Part shown: positions 23,863-32,000 of the stretch, one piece after another | Numbering within the stretch: position 1 is the first letter of the stretch | Layout of the letters: each line of letters begins with the position of its first letter | NCBI GenBank assembly: GCA_963716945.1 | Contig: OY970322.1 | Span: forward strand, 870,001-902,000 | Length of the DNA stretch: 32,000 nt | Direction: 5' to 3' | Origin: Candidatus Saccharimonadota bacterium | GTDB taxonomy: Bacteria > Patescibacteriota > Saccharimonadia > Saccharimonadales > UBA4665 | Translations under genes and position numbers: made by a program | The notes under the pieces: generated by a model | What the model was told of the DNA's origin: nothing | Seen by the model: the letters and a program-made list of their open reading frames with translations, nothing else | The model's database searches: none

Positions 23863-26661
23863 ATGACAAGTTCTCAAATCTCGGAATTACAGCCGCACCA
23901 GGTATATGAAGCGCTTGATACGTCAGCTTCGGGAATGAGCCAGAGCCAAGCTGAGCAGCGGCAGCGGCAATTCGGGGAAAACACTATTGAGGCGCCGCGG
24001 GGGATATCACTCATTGCCAGGCTGCTGGCAAATTTTACCCATACGATGGCCTGGCTTTTGTGGGGCGGCGGCTTGCTCGCATTCATCGCCCGGATGCCGG
24101 AGCTGGGCATAGCTATCTGGCTAGTCAACGTCATTAACGGCCTGTTCAGTTTCACGCAGGAGTACCGGGCGGAGAAAGCCACCCAAGCCCTGCAAAAACT
24201 GTTGCCCAAAACCGTGCGCGTAGAGCGTAACGGGCTCGAGAAGGAAGTATTGGCCAGCCAGCTGGTGCCGGGCGATGTTATGCTCCTGTCCGAAGGCGAC
24301 TACGTATCGGCCGATGCCCGCTTAGTTAGCGAGGCCGAGTTGCGAGTCGATCAGTCGGTCTTGACGGGCGAGTCGGCCCCGGTCTCGAAAACCTCGGCCG
24401 CGGCCGGCCGCAAAGATTTAATCAGCACCGAAACGCCGAACCTGGTTTTCGCCGGCAGCAGCGTGGTAGCCGGTAACGGCCGGGCTGTCGTCTTCGCTAT
24501 AGGCATGGACAGAGAACTCGGCAAGGTAGCGCATTTGACTCAGTCGCTGCCCCGGGATTTATCGCCGCTGCAAAGGGAAATGCAGACGGTTACCAAAATT
24601 ATCACCCTGATGGTGGTCTTGATAGGCGGCTTTTTCTTCGTGCTGGCGATTAGCTTTGGGCGGATTGACTTTACGGATAGCGCCATTTTTACTTTGGGCA
24701 TGATAGTGGCTTTCGTGCCGGAAGGCCTGTTGCCGACTGTCACTCTGTCTCTGGCTATAAGCAGCCAGCGGATGGCCCGACGAAACGCCCTCATAAAGAG
24801 GCTGTCGTCTGTCGAAACCCTGGGCTGTACGACGGTTATCTGCTCCGATAAGACCGGCACCTTAACCGAAAATGAAATGACCGTCCGTAACCTCTGGCTG
24901 CCGTCCGCCTTAACCGAGACTAACGGCCGGGACTTGGAGGTGACCGGCACGGGCTACAGTATCGACGGAGAAATCATGACTAACGGCAAGGCACGTTCGG
25001 CGGAGCCGGGGGACGGCCTGTACGAACTGCTTCGGGCAGCGATGCTATGCAACAACGCACGGCTGATAGCGTCAACCGACCAAAGCGCCCATTGGAGCGT
25101 GCTGGGCGACCCGACCGAAGCCGCTTTGCTGGTGGCGGCCCAAAAAGGCGGGCTGGATTTGCAAGTAGAGCTGAAGCGCGCCCCACGGGTTGACGAGTTG
25201 CCTTTTGAATCAAACCGTAAACGAATGGCTACCGTCCACCAAATCCCTGCCGGCAACCGGCGGGCGACCGGCAGGATGGCCCTGGTAAAAGGTTCGCCGC
25301 TTGAAACCCTCAGCCTTTGCACAATGCTACTGCAAAACGGCAAAGCCGTACCGCTCGACAAAAAAACGTTTGCCGGTATAAGAAAGGCCAACGACCGGTA
25401 CGCCCGGCAAGGACTGCGGGTGCTGGCCGTAGCCGGCCGGCGGCTGCCCGCGAGCCTCAAGCAGATTACACCTGACACTGTCGAGCGGGACCTGACGTTC
25501 CTTGGCTTGGTTGCCATGATGGACCCGCCCCGAATAGAGGTCAGCAAAGCCGCCCGGGTCTGCCGGACTGCCGGCATTCGGATCATTATGATTACCGGCG
25601 ATTACGGCTTAACGGCCCAGAGTATCGCGCGGCAGGTCGGCATCACTTCCGGCCAGGCGCGGGTGGTGTCGGGGATAGAACTGGACACTATGGATGACCG
25701 AAAGCTTAAGCGGATTTTGGAGCAGGAAGTCATTTTTGCGCGCAGCACGCCTGAACACAAGTTAAGGATTGTCGGCGCCCTGCAGTCACTGGGCCACATT
25801 GTCGCCGTGACCGGCGACGGTGTCAATGACGCGCCCGCCCTCAAAAAAGCCGATATCGGTGTCGCCATGGGCCGTAAAGGAACGGACGTCGCCAAAGAGG
25901 CTGCCGACATGATATTGACCGACGACAACTTTGCTTCAATTGTCAGCGCCATAAGAGAAGGCAGGGCCGTCTATGCCAATATCAAAAAGTTTGTTACCTA
26001 CATCTTCACCAGTAACGCGCCCGAAGCCGTGCCGTTTATTATTTTCGTGCTGTCGAGGGCCGGCATCCCCCTGGCCCTGACCGTTATGCAAGTTATTTTC
26101 ATTGATCTGGGCACCGACATGGCGCCCGCCCTGGCGCTTGGCGCCGAGCCGCCCGAGCCCGACGTTATGGAGCGGCCGCCCCGCAACCGGAAAGAGCATG
26201 TCGTCACCAAGTTCGTGCTCATCCGGTCTTACATTTATCTGGGCCTGCTGCAAAGCGGGGCGGCCATGCTGGCTTTCTATTTTATGTTCTGGACCCACGG
26301 CTACCACGGGCTGCTTGGAATGCCGCATTCAGGCAGCTTGTACCGGGCGGCCACGACTATGACCCTGGCCACGGTAGTCGCCACCCAGGTTGGAAACCTC
26401 TTCGCCCAACGCACCGAGAAGCTGTCGGCGTTTAAGATAAAAGCCTTCGTTAATCCTTTGATCTGGGTAGGCGTGGCGGTCGAACTGACGCTCATACTTG
26501 CCGTAGTTTACGTCCCGTTTTTCGAGCGTGTTTTTCACACGGCTTCCCTATCCTTTGATAACTGGTTGTTCATCCTGGCCTGGACTCCCTTGCTGCTCCT
26601 GGCGGATGAATTAAGAAAGTGGGCCGCCCGAGCTGCCACAAAAGTTACTACTTTGATATGA
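23863..26661 (+). CDS. cation-transporting P-type ATPase, P2 type
   Basis: 932 aa. Has the phosphorylation motif CSDKTGTLTEN, TM4 PEGLLPT, the hinge VTGDGVNDAPALKKADIGVAMG, and an N-terminal Cation_ATPase_N-like segment. Confidence 0.93.
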   Translation: MTSSQISELQPHQVYEALDTSASGMSQSQAEQRQRQFGENTIEAPRGISLIARLLANFTHTMAWLLWGGGLLAFIARMPELGIAIWLVNVINGLFSFTQEYRAEKATQALQKLLPKTVRVERNGLEKEVLASQLVPGDVMLLSEGDYVSADARLVSEAELRVDQSVLTGESAPVSKTSAAAGRKDLISTETPNLVFAGSSVVAGNGRAVVFAIGMDRELGKVAHLTQSLPRDLSPLQREMQTVTKIITLMVVLIGGFFFVLAISFGRIDFTDSAIFTLGMIVAFVPEGLLPTVTLSLAISSQRMARRNALIKRLSSVETLGCTTVICSDKTGTLTENEMTVRNLWLPSALTETNGRDLEVTGTGYSIDGEIMTNGKARSAEPGDGLYELLRAAMLCNNARLIASTDQSAHWSVLGDPTEAALLVAAQKGGLDLQVELKRAPRVDELPFESNRKRMATVHQIPAGNRRATGRMALVKGSPLETLSLCTMLLQNGKAVPLDKKTFAGIRKANDRYARQGLRVLAVAGRRLPASLKQITPDTVERDLTFLGLVAMMDPPRIEVSKAARVCRTAGIRIIMITGDYGLTAQSIARQVGITSGQARVVSGIELDTMDDRKLKRILEQEVIFARSTPEHKLRIVGALQSLGHIVAVTGDGVNDAPALKKADIGVAMGRKGTDVAKEAADMILTDDNFASIVSAIREGRAVYANIKKFVTYIFTSNAPEAVPFIIFVLSRAGIPLALTVMQVIFIDLGTDMAPALALGAEPPEPDVMERPPRNRKEHVVTKFVLIRSYIYLGLLQSGAAMLAFYFMFWTHGYHGLLGMPHSGSLYRAATTMTLATVVATQVGNLFAQRTEKLSAFKIKAFVNPLIWVGVAVELTLILAVVYVPFFERVFHTASLSFDNWLFILAWTPLLLLADELRKWAARAATKVTTLI

Positions 26662-26668
26662 TTGGAGC

Positions 26669-27442
26669 GTGACATTTTCCATCTTTTTTTGGAATATCTG
26701 GTTTTATAACCAAATCGAAGGCCGGCCTAGGGCCGACCGCCTGCTCGTCGAACTCAAACGTTTGGTGGACCGGTACGAGCCTGATCTCATCGCCCTTAAT
26801 GAGGTAGTACGGCCGGCGCAGGGTGAGTCTGTCATGGTAGTTGAATATTTGCGGAAGCTTGGCTACGGCTATGGCCACTGCGCCGAGCTGGCCAACCTCA
26901 ATAATTATTGGCTCTCGGGCGCCGCCCTCTGTTCACGGCTTAAGCTCAGCCGCTCTGAAGATATCGAAATTAGCAAACATGGCTTTGCCGCCAAACGCGG
27001 TTATCCGGGCTTCACCAAAAAAGTCATTAGCGCCCAAGTGGCGCTGCCGGGAGGCCACGACCTGAAAATCATCGTCGCCCATCCCCTGGCCCTGATTGAC
27101 GCGCCCAAGGACCACCGGGCGGGTATGGCTAAGCTCAACCGGCTGGTCCATTCCAAGGCCTACGCCCAAAACACCGTCTTGATAGGCGACATGAACGAAT
27201 GGCGGCTGATACCGGGCTCGTTTAGAAGCAAGGTTTCAGACGTGATGCATTCCCGGACCGGTTCCGTGCTGCACCCGACCTGGCGGTATAACGCCCACCG
27301 TTCCACGCCGTTGCGCGCCAATTTAGACTACTTATATTGGAGCAAAGACAGCGAATTTTCATTAAAAGACTTCCGGGTTTTATCGAGCGACGTATCGGAT
27401 CACCGGCCGCTGTTAGCTACTTTTGGCGTGCCAGGAGGATAA
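26669..27442 (+). CDS. endonuclease/exonuclease/phosphatase (EEP) family protein
   Basis: 257 aa. Has N-terminal FFWNIW, LIALNEV, GDMNEW and the C-terminal SDHRPLLATF catalytic motifs. GTG start. Confidence 0.85.
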   Translation: MTFSIFFWNIWFYNQIEGRPRADRLLVELKRLVDRYEPDLIALNEVVRPAQGESVMVVEYLRKLGYGYGHCAELANLNNYWLSGAALCSRLKLSRSEDIEISKHGFAAKRGYPGFTKKVISAQVALPGGHDLKIIVAHPLALIDAPKDHRAGMAKLNRLVHSKAYAQNTVLIGDMNEWRLIPGSFRSKVSDVMHSRTGSVLHPTWRYNAHRSTPLRANLDYLYWSKDSEFSLKDFRVLSSDVSDHRPLLATFGVPGG

Positions 27443-27938
27443 AAAGCGCGGCTGCGATCACGGCCACCTGAGAAACGAGGCCCAGGAACGCCGGCCAGCG
27501 GCGCTGCAAATCATAGTCCAGGTGCGCCCAGTCGTGGAATCTTGTCAGGTAACGCCAGACCGGCAAACGCTTGGTCGTCTCGGCCCACCACGGCACGCTG
27601 TCCATCAGGTCGGGAAAGACCGCGCCCGCCCCGCCCAAGAAGACAACAGGTCTACCCGGCCCTGGGACCGCAAAAATCAAGATCATAAAAAACGCGGCGC
27701 AGCCGACCAGCGCGTCCGCCAAACCCTGGTAAGTTATATGGGCCGGCCAATCGCTATAGGCAGCCGGCAGTTCGTCATTATAATGGGGGCCGTACAGCCT
27801 TTCCCAATGCGGCACGGCATCAAGTATATAGTGTGAAACGAAGCCCAGCCCGAAGCCCAATAGCTTGATCGACGCCGGACCGGCAGGCAGCAAAGAAGCC
27901 AACGCGGCACCGGCCAATATGTGCGGAGTAGTGGTCAT
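27417..27938 (-). CDS. membrane protein, YdjM/DUF457-like putative metal-dependent hydrolase
   Basis: 173 aa with several TM segments. Has the pattern HILAGAAL...SHYILDAVPHW. Its 3' end overlaps the EEP gene by 26 nt. Confidence 0.5.
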   Translation of the reverse strand: MTTTPHILAGAALASLLPAGPASIKLLGFGLGFVSHYILDAVPHWERLYGPHYNDELPAAYSDWPAHITYQGLADALVGCAAFFMILIFAVPGPGRPVVFLGGAGAVFPDLMDSVPWWAETTKRLPVWRYLTRFHDWAHLDYDLQRRWPAFLGLVSQVAVIAAALFILLARQK

Positions 27939-27946
27939 AGGCTGTC

Positions 27947-27962
27947 ATCATGCTAGCATGAT
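27947..27962. promoter_or_regulatory. 16-bp perfect palindrome in a 27-bp divergent spacer
   Basis: ATCATGCTAGCATGAT is verified base by base. It lies between ATG 27938 (-) and ATG 27966 (+). Confidence 0.4.
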
Positions 27963-27965
27963 TAT

Positions 27966-28442
27966 ATGAACGTTAAAGACATATTCGCCGACAACCACCT
28001 GGTAATACAGCAAGGCCAATCTAACTGCGGCCCCGCCGCGCTCCTCAATGTGCTACACCTAAAAGGCGACTTCTCGCATACGGAAGACGAGTTGGCCCGG
28101 CTGTGCGATGCAAAAGTAGGCTATGGCACTACTCCTGAAAATCTGGTGAAGGCTGCGCGGAAACTAGGCATTGAGGTGGTTGAAGAGCAATCGAACGCCA
28201 GCCTAGAAGATATCAAACGCAATCTTGATAATGGCGCATACGTAATCATTCTCTCTGCTGCTACCTTCTCTGGCAATAGCCACTACACTTGCATTACTGA
28301 ATATGACGATCAGGCATTGTACTGCCGTGACTCAAACTATGGGTTGCTTAGATTAGCTATAGAGTATTTGGAGAAGCTTTGGCATGGGGTTGAGCATGAC
28401 GCCAGCCGCGGCAGCAACCGGTGGTACGCGGCCATAAAGTAG
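27966..28442 (+). CDS. stand-alone C39-like (papain-fold) cysteine peptidase domain protein
   Basis: 158 aa. QQGQSNCGPAALLNVL matches the Q...C catalytic pattern, and GNSHYTCI matches the catalytic His pattern of C39/C39-like peptidases. Two hand-counted lines give about 43% GC, lower than the neighbours. Confidence 0.65.
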   Translation: MNVKDIFADNHLVIQQGQSNCGPAALLNVLHLKGDFSHTEDELARLCDAKVGYGTTPENLVKAARKLGIEVVEEQSNASLEDIKRNLDNGAYVIILSAATFSGNSHYTCITEYDDQALYCRDSNYGLLRLAIEYLEKLWHGVEHDASRGSNRWYAAIK

Positions 28443-28461
28443 ACCCGGGTACGGACACCAT

Positions 28462-28491
28462 AAAAGCACCACCCCTGAAGGTGGTGCTTTT
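28462..28491. terminator. bidirectional intrinsic terminator
   Basis: AAAAGCACCACC-CCTGAA-GGTGGTGCTTTT forms a perfect 12-bp stem with a GC-rich core, flanked by A4 and T4. It lies between convergent genes ending at 28442 and 28507. Confidence 0.75.
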
Positions 28492-28506
28492 ACCTGGCGC
28501 CGCCGG

Positions 28507-28698
28507 CTAACGGTGGTGGACCAGCCAGATGGTTACGCCGGTGGAAATGGCCACCAAAGCGTAAAACAAGCCCAGTCCAACCGGTGAACCCCAGCTGAAC
28601 CATGAGCCCCAAGCCCGCCAGTTCTTCATCGCCCAGTAGTCCTCACGGTGCTGGTCATGCAGTTCCTTGGCTGACTTTTTAGCAGGTTTTTCGTCCAT
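28507..28698 (-). CDS. small Trp-rich membrane protein (63 aa)
   Basis: The basic N-terminus is followed by WRAWGSWFSWGSPVGLGLFYALVAISTGVTIWLV (one TM segment). SD AAAAGGGG lies upstream. No family recognised. Confidence 0.5.
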   Translation of the reverse strand: MDEKPAKKSAKELHDQHREDYWAMKNWRAWGSWFSWGSPVGLGLFYALVAISTGVTIWLVHHR

Positions 28699-28871
28699 AA
28701 GTTTGAACCCCTTTTAATCAAATGAAAAGCCAACATTATCGACCTAAAACGTTAGCTGCTCTCAGATGAAACCACATTCCCTTGATGTCATGAGCCGTGA
28801 CAGGGTTGTTGCTAAGGTGGATTTATATCGTACTTATAGTACCACAGGTAAATACCCAAACCGCTAGCCCC

Positions 28872-29336
28872 CTATTTACGGGCGACCAACTGTTCGAGTT
28901 TCTCGATGGCCTGGTTAAGGCCGGCTTCCATGCCCGCCAGGAAAGGCGCGGCAGCCGGGCCGGCCGACAGGACCCGGGATGTCAGGTTAAGTTCGGCCTT
29001 GCCGGCGGCTTCGGTTAGCACCAGCGTATGCAGAACTTCGAAGAGCGGCTTGCCTTCGCTGTCCAAAGGCGAGTTAGTGAAGGCCAGACGTTCCGGTTTA
29101 GCGACTTCTTCGAACTCGCCGCTGCTGGGGTAAACCGTGCCGTCGGGGCCTTTCATATCAATTCTGATTTTGCCGCCCGGCCGGACATCAAGTTCGCAGA
29201 CCGGGATCGTGAAATAATCCGGCGCGTACCACTGCGCGAAAAGTTCGGGCTGCGTCCAAGCGTCCCATACCGCCTCGCGCGGGACGTCAAACGCGCGGGT
29301 AATATTGATGGCCTTGGACTCCGGTGTTTCAGCCAT
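28872..29336 (-). CDS. SRPBCC superfamily protein (AHSA1/START-like)
   Basis: 154 aa. The pattern ITRAFDVPREAVWDAWTQPELFAQWYAP...GGKIRIDMKGPDGTVYPSSGEFEEV is typical of AHSA1-domain proteins. Confidence 0.85.
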   Translation of the reverse strand: MAETPESKAINITRAFDVPREAVWDAWTQPELFAQWYAPDYFTIPVCELDVRPGGKIRIDMKGPDGTVYPSSGEFEEVAKPERLAFTNSPLDSEGKPLFEVLHTLVLTEAAGKAELNLTSRVLSAGPAAAPFLAGMEAGLNQAIEKLEQLVARK

Positions 29337-29358
29337 AGCTATGGCTCGCCTTTCTTCA

Positions 29359-29775
29359 TTATTGGGGCTGGGCAGGTTCCGGCTGGACCGGGGGACGCAG
29401 GATGCCGTTAACCAGTTGGTCGATCTGGTCGTTCTGCAAGTTGGCTTTCACGACGTAATCTTCGATGCCGAGGTCGCGCAGGTTGGGCTGGGCTTCGCTT
29501 TCGTTCAAATTGGAAATGACCAGCACTTTGATGTTCTTGCCCCAGTCGCTCTTGCGCATCGTTTCCAGGACCTGGCCGCCGGAAATGTCGGGTATCATCA
29601 GGTCGAGCAGGACCAGGTCGGGGACTTCCTTCTGGATGAAATAAAGAGCGGTGATGCCGTTATAGCCGATGAAGCAGGTATAGCCCAGGAGCTCGAGCCG
29701 GGTCTTGTAGATTTCGGCCAGGCTTGAATCGTCTTCGACGATGACTATTTTTTGAGTTTGTCCGGAGTTATCCAT
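29359..29775 (-). CDS. response regulator, receiver domain only
   Basis: 138 aa. Has IVIVEDD, the phospho-acceptor context DLVLLDLMIPDISG, VLVISN and the conserved Lys in YVVKA. There is no output domain, and no kinase lies in the window. Confidence 0.9.
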   Translation of the reverse strand: MDNSGQTQKIVIVEDDSSLAEIYKTRLELLGYTCFIGYNGITALYFIQKEVPDLVLLDLMIPDISGGQVLETMRKSDWGKNIKVLVISNLNESEAQPNLRDLGIEDYVVKANLQNDQIDQLVNGILRPPVQPEPAQPQ

Positions 29776-29824
29776 GTCTGCCGGTATTTTAAACCATGAC
29801 GCCTTACATTACTAACGAAAGGTC

Positions 29825-30400
29825 TTATTCGCGGCCGACCATGGCCAGCAGCTTAGCTTGCGGACTGGCGTCATCGGCCACCTGAAGCGCCGGCGGGAAG
29901 ACGCCCATTTGCCGGTAGCCTTCTATAACCGGGCTGAATTCATCGAGCAACGCCTGGACGAAGGCCGGGTCCATGGTCGTATCGGCACCGATCAGCTTGG
30001 CTATATCATATGAACGGAAAGCCCGGAAGCTGATGATGTGCTGCAGGTAGTCGCGGGCCGGGAAATCGCCGTAAGACAGATGCGTGGTTCTGCCCAGGTC
30101 CTCGAAGCCGCTGACGGCGTCGACGGCCCGCTGGTTGTATTTGTCGTAGTTCTCTCGAATGTCGTCGTCTGCGCTAAGCAACGGCTCGTAAGTATCGCCG
30201 ACCTCCTCTTTGGTCTTGCCCGCCAGGACATCCGGCACCCAGGCATCGTCATAGGTGTGGTAGCGGACGGCGTCCTTGAGCGTGCCCGGCTTCCGGGACA
30301 TGCCCGGCGGCATGGGGATGTCCCACTGGTCGTCGGTTATTCGTTTGATGGACTTTTGAAGCTCCCGGTTAGACGTGATAAATAATTCTTGGATTGTCAT
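29825..30400 (-). CDS. DinB/MDMPI-like superfamily protein (TIGR03086-like)
   Basis: 191 aa. The helical-bundle pattern and the C-terminal KLLAMVGRE ending resemble actinobacterial TIGR03086 proteins. This is judged from memory only. SD AAGGGGG. Confidence 0.5.
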   Translation of the reverse strand: MTIQELFITSNRELQKSIKRITDDQWDIPMPPGMSRKPGTLKDAVRYHTYDDAWVPDVLAGKTKEEVGDTYEPLLSADDDIRENYDKYNQRAVDAVSGFEDLGRTTHLSYGDFPARDYLQHIISFRAFRSYDIAKLIGADTTMDPAFVQALLDEFSPVIEGYRQMGVFPPALQVADDASPQAKLLAMVGRE

Positions 30401-30459
30401 CGTGCTGCCCCCTTACGTTATTTATTAATTCTACACCCGCCGAGCTAGAATCGAGACGC

Positions 30460-30508
30460 AAAAAATCGGCAAGTCCAAAGCCGGGCCACAGGGCTTGCCC
30501 GGACTTGC
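30460..30508 (-). terminator. terminator-like hairpin plus U6 in the leader of the DinB-like gene
   Basis: On the minus strand, GCAAGT/ACTTGC and CCGGGC/GCCCGG give 12 bp in total with a 6-nt internal bulge. The stem is followed by CGA and UUUUUU (rc of 30460..30465). It lies about 60 nt upstream of ATG 30400. Confidence 0.35.
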
Positions 30509-30525
30509 AACGACCGTGTATAATA

Positions 30526-30545
30526 ATAGTTAGTTACCTAACTAT
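30526..30545. promoter_or_regulatory. inverted repeat ATAGTTAG-TTAC-CTAACTAT, candidate MarR operator
   Basis: The 8-4-8 inverted repeat lies immediately after a TATAAT box (30519..30524; TTGCCC is 18 nt upstream). It is 20 nt before the marR-family ATG at 30565. Confidence 0.45.
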
Positions 30546-30564
30546 TTAACAATCCAGGGGTAGT

Positions 30565-30990
30565 ATGAACGGCGGGGAAGAACTGCTTTTGTCGACGCTA
30601 ATCAAGCGTTGCGGCCGGGCGATTGACGATGACATTAACCGGATGCTCAAACAGCATTCGATTGCCCGGAGCCAATACCGGGCGCTCTACTATGTCGCCC
30701 GTTACGGCGAGCCGGCGCAATCGGACCTGATAAAGGTCATGCGCGTTCAGCCCTCGACCCTGACTTCTATCATTGACGGGCTGGTGCGCAAAGGCTGGCT
30801 GGTCCGTGTCAAAGACAAGCACGACAAGCGGATCAACCGGTTGAGGCTAACCTCCGAGGGAACCAAAACATTCGGGCAAATCCCCGACCCGGCGCGCAAG
30901 CTCCAGACACTGATTCTCAAGACTCTGGACAAGCAGGAAGCCCGGCAATTAGGCGTATCCCTCGAGAAAATTATCAACCAACTAAGCTAA
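30565..30990 (+). CDS. MarR family transcriptional regulator
   Basis: 141 aa. The wHTH region reads QSDLIKVMRVQPSTLTSIIDGLVRKGWLVRVKDKHDKRINRLRLTSEG. Confidence 0.9.
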   Translation: MNGGEELLLSTLIKRCGRAIDDDINRMLKQHSIARSQYRALYYVARYGEPAQSDLIKVMRVQPSTLTSIIDGLVRKGWLVRVKDKHDKRINRLRLTSEGTKTFGQIPDPARKLQTLILKTLDKQEARQLGVSLEKIINQLS

Positions 30991-31000
30991 AGGAGGCATC

Positions 31001-31552
31001 ATGGCAAAACAAGACGGCAAAACGGCATTACTGGTAATGGACGTGCAGCCCGGCATAGTCGAGCGGCTCGACAACCCGGACGAATACCTGGCAAAGGTCA
31101 GGGCGGCCGTGGCTGCGGCCCGCCAGAGCCGGATACCGGTCATTTACGTGGTGGTCGGCTTCCGCCCTGGCCTGCCGGAAATCAATCCGCGCAACAAATC
31201 CTTCGGCGCTATCAAGCAAACCGTCCGGCCGTCCATGATCAACCCGCAGCCGGCCCTGCCGGTCGAAGATGGCGATATCGTCGTGGTCAAGCGGCGGGTC
31301 AGCGCCTTCAGCGGCAGCGACCTGGAAGTCGTGCTGCGCGGCCAGGGCGTCAGCCACCTGGTACTGACCGGCATCGCGACCAGCGGCGTCGTGCTGTCAA
31401 CGGTCCGGGAGGCGGCCGACAAGGATTTCCAGCTGACCGTACTGTCGGACCTGTGCGCCGATTTCGATCCCGAAGTCAATGCCGTGCTGCTGGAAAAAGT
31501 CTTCCCCAGGCAAGCCGAGGTCATCAGCAGCGAGGAATGGCCGAATGTTTAA
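31001..31552 (+). CDS. isochorismatase-family hydrolase
   Basis: 183 aa. Has ALLVMDVQ (Asp), VVVKRRVSAF (Lys) and LVLTGIATSGVVLSTVREA. The usual nucleophile Cys position in this last motif appears to be Val. Confidence 0.88.
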   Translation: MAKQDGKTALLVMDVQPGIVERLDNPDEYLAKVRAAVAAARQSRIPVIYVVVGFRPGLPEINPRNKSFGAIKQTVRPSMINPQPALPVEDGDIVVVKRRVSAFSGSDLEVVLRGQGVSHLVLTGIATSGVVLSTVREAADKDFQLTVLSDLCADFDPEVNAVLLEKVFPRQAEVISSEEWPNV

Positions 31553-32000
31553 CCGGCTCCGCGAACACGGCCAGCTGAGCAGCCCCAACTATAAATGGGT
31601 AGCCTTGGCCAATACCACGCTGGGCGTCGTTATGGCGACGATTGATTCGTCGATTATGCTGATCGCTCTGCCCGATATTTTTCGCGGCATCAAGCTCAAC
31701 CCGCTGCTGCCGGGCAACAGTTTTTACCTGTTATGGATGATATTGAGCTTCCTGATTGTCAGTAGCGTGCTGGTGGTCAGCTTCGGCCGGCTGGGCGACA
31801 TGTACGGCCGGGTCAAGATGTATACGCTCGGCTTCTTTATATATACCGTATCCTCGATATTATTGACGGTTACCTGGATGCACGGCTCGTCGGCAGCATT
31901 GTATCTGGTTCTTATGCGGGTAGTCCAAGGTGTCGGAGCGGCTTTCATTATTGCCAACTCGGCGGCCATATTGACCGATGCCTTCCCGGCCAGCCAGCGC
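31545..32000 (+). CDS. MFS transporter (DHA2-like), N-terminal part; runs off the right edge
   Basis: The ATG at 31545 overlaps the upstream stop by 8 nt, and the frame stays open to 32000. Sequence reads MFNRLREHG...LGVVMATIDSSIMLIALPDIFRG...FGRLGDMYGRVKMY...VVQGVGAAFIIANSAAILTDAFP. Confidence 0.8.
   Translation, partial: MFNRLREHGQLSSPNYKWVALANTTLGVVMATIDSSIMLIALPDIFRGIKLNPLLPGNSFYLLWMILSFLIVSSVLVVSFGRLGDMYGRVKMYTLGFFIYTVSSILLTVTWMHGSSAALYLVLMRVVQGVGAAFIIANSAAILTDAFPASQR

Noticed and set aside
23859-23865. A TATAAT box overlapping the ATG of the P-type ATPase, considered as another leaderless promoter.
   Set aside because: The geometry is wrong, because transcription would start downstream of this ATG. 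The N-terminal residues encoded after it belong to the conserved Cation_ATPase_N segment, and there is no alternative in-frame start. The match is therefore probably coincidental.
28699-28871. 173-nt spacer upstream of the 63-aa membrane protein, considered as a riboswitch (for example fluoride) or a fourU thermometer. It contains CUUUU...AAAAG pairing next to the SD and a 13-bp palindrome GTACTTATAGTAC at 28830..28842.
   Set aside because: I saw no match to the conserved strings I remember for fluoride or other small-membrane-protein riboswitches. The pairings are short (5 bp) and unremarkable in an AT-rich spacer.

Overview
This 32-kb chromosomal window comes from a fairly high-GC bacterium. 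Hand-counted 60-nt lines give about 55-65% GC outside one island. I cannot assign taxonomy from sequence alone. I support about 34 protein-coding genes and one tRNA-Gln(CUG). I found no rRNA, CRISPR array, transposase or integrase.

Recognisable housekeeping genes are typA/bipA, a DEAD-box helicase, rarA, metK, a translationally coupled fbp-fba (class I aldolase) pair, hsp20 and a P2-type cation ATPase. Accessory or efflux content includes two or three MFS transporters, a regulator plus DrrAB-like ABC-2 exporter operon, a MarR-isochorismatase-MFS operon, an orphan REC-only response regulator, an EEP nuclease/phosphatase, a stand-alone C39-like peptidase, and SRPBCC and DinB-like proteins.

Observations most worth a second look:
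1. A sigma-factor-like protein (21029..22816) carries four extra LuxR/sigma-region-4-type HTH modules between its region 2 and region 4.
2. A 118-nt element (10571..10688) is closed by a perfect 22-bp long-range stem with nested hairpins. It lies between fba and the metK leader.
3. The metK leader has SAM-I/SAM-IV-like aptamer signatures and a three-segment alternative-pairing switch over the Shine-Dalgarno sequence.
4. A roughly 2-kb low-GC island sits directly against the 3' end of tRNA-Gln, with two weak tRNA-3'-half-like repeats.
5. Promoter -10 boxes sit 6-10 nt before the start codon at about a dozen genes, which suggests leaderless mRNAs.
6. Also noted: a C10/G10 homopolymer in a divergent promoter region, several perfect palindromic operator candidates, and three or four orphan genes with no recognisable family.

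Functional calls rest on motifs read by eye from the ORF translations. No database search was possible.
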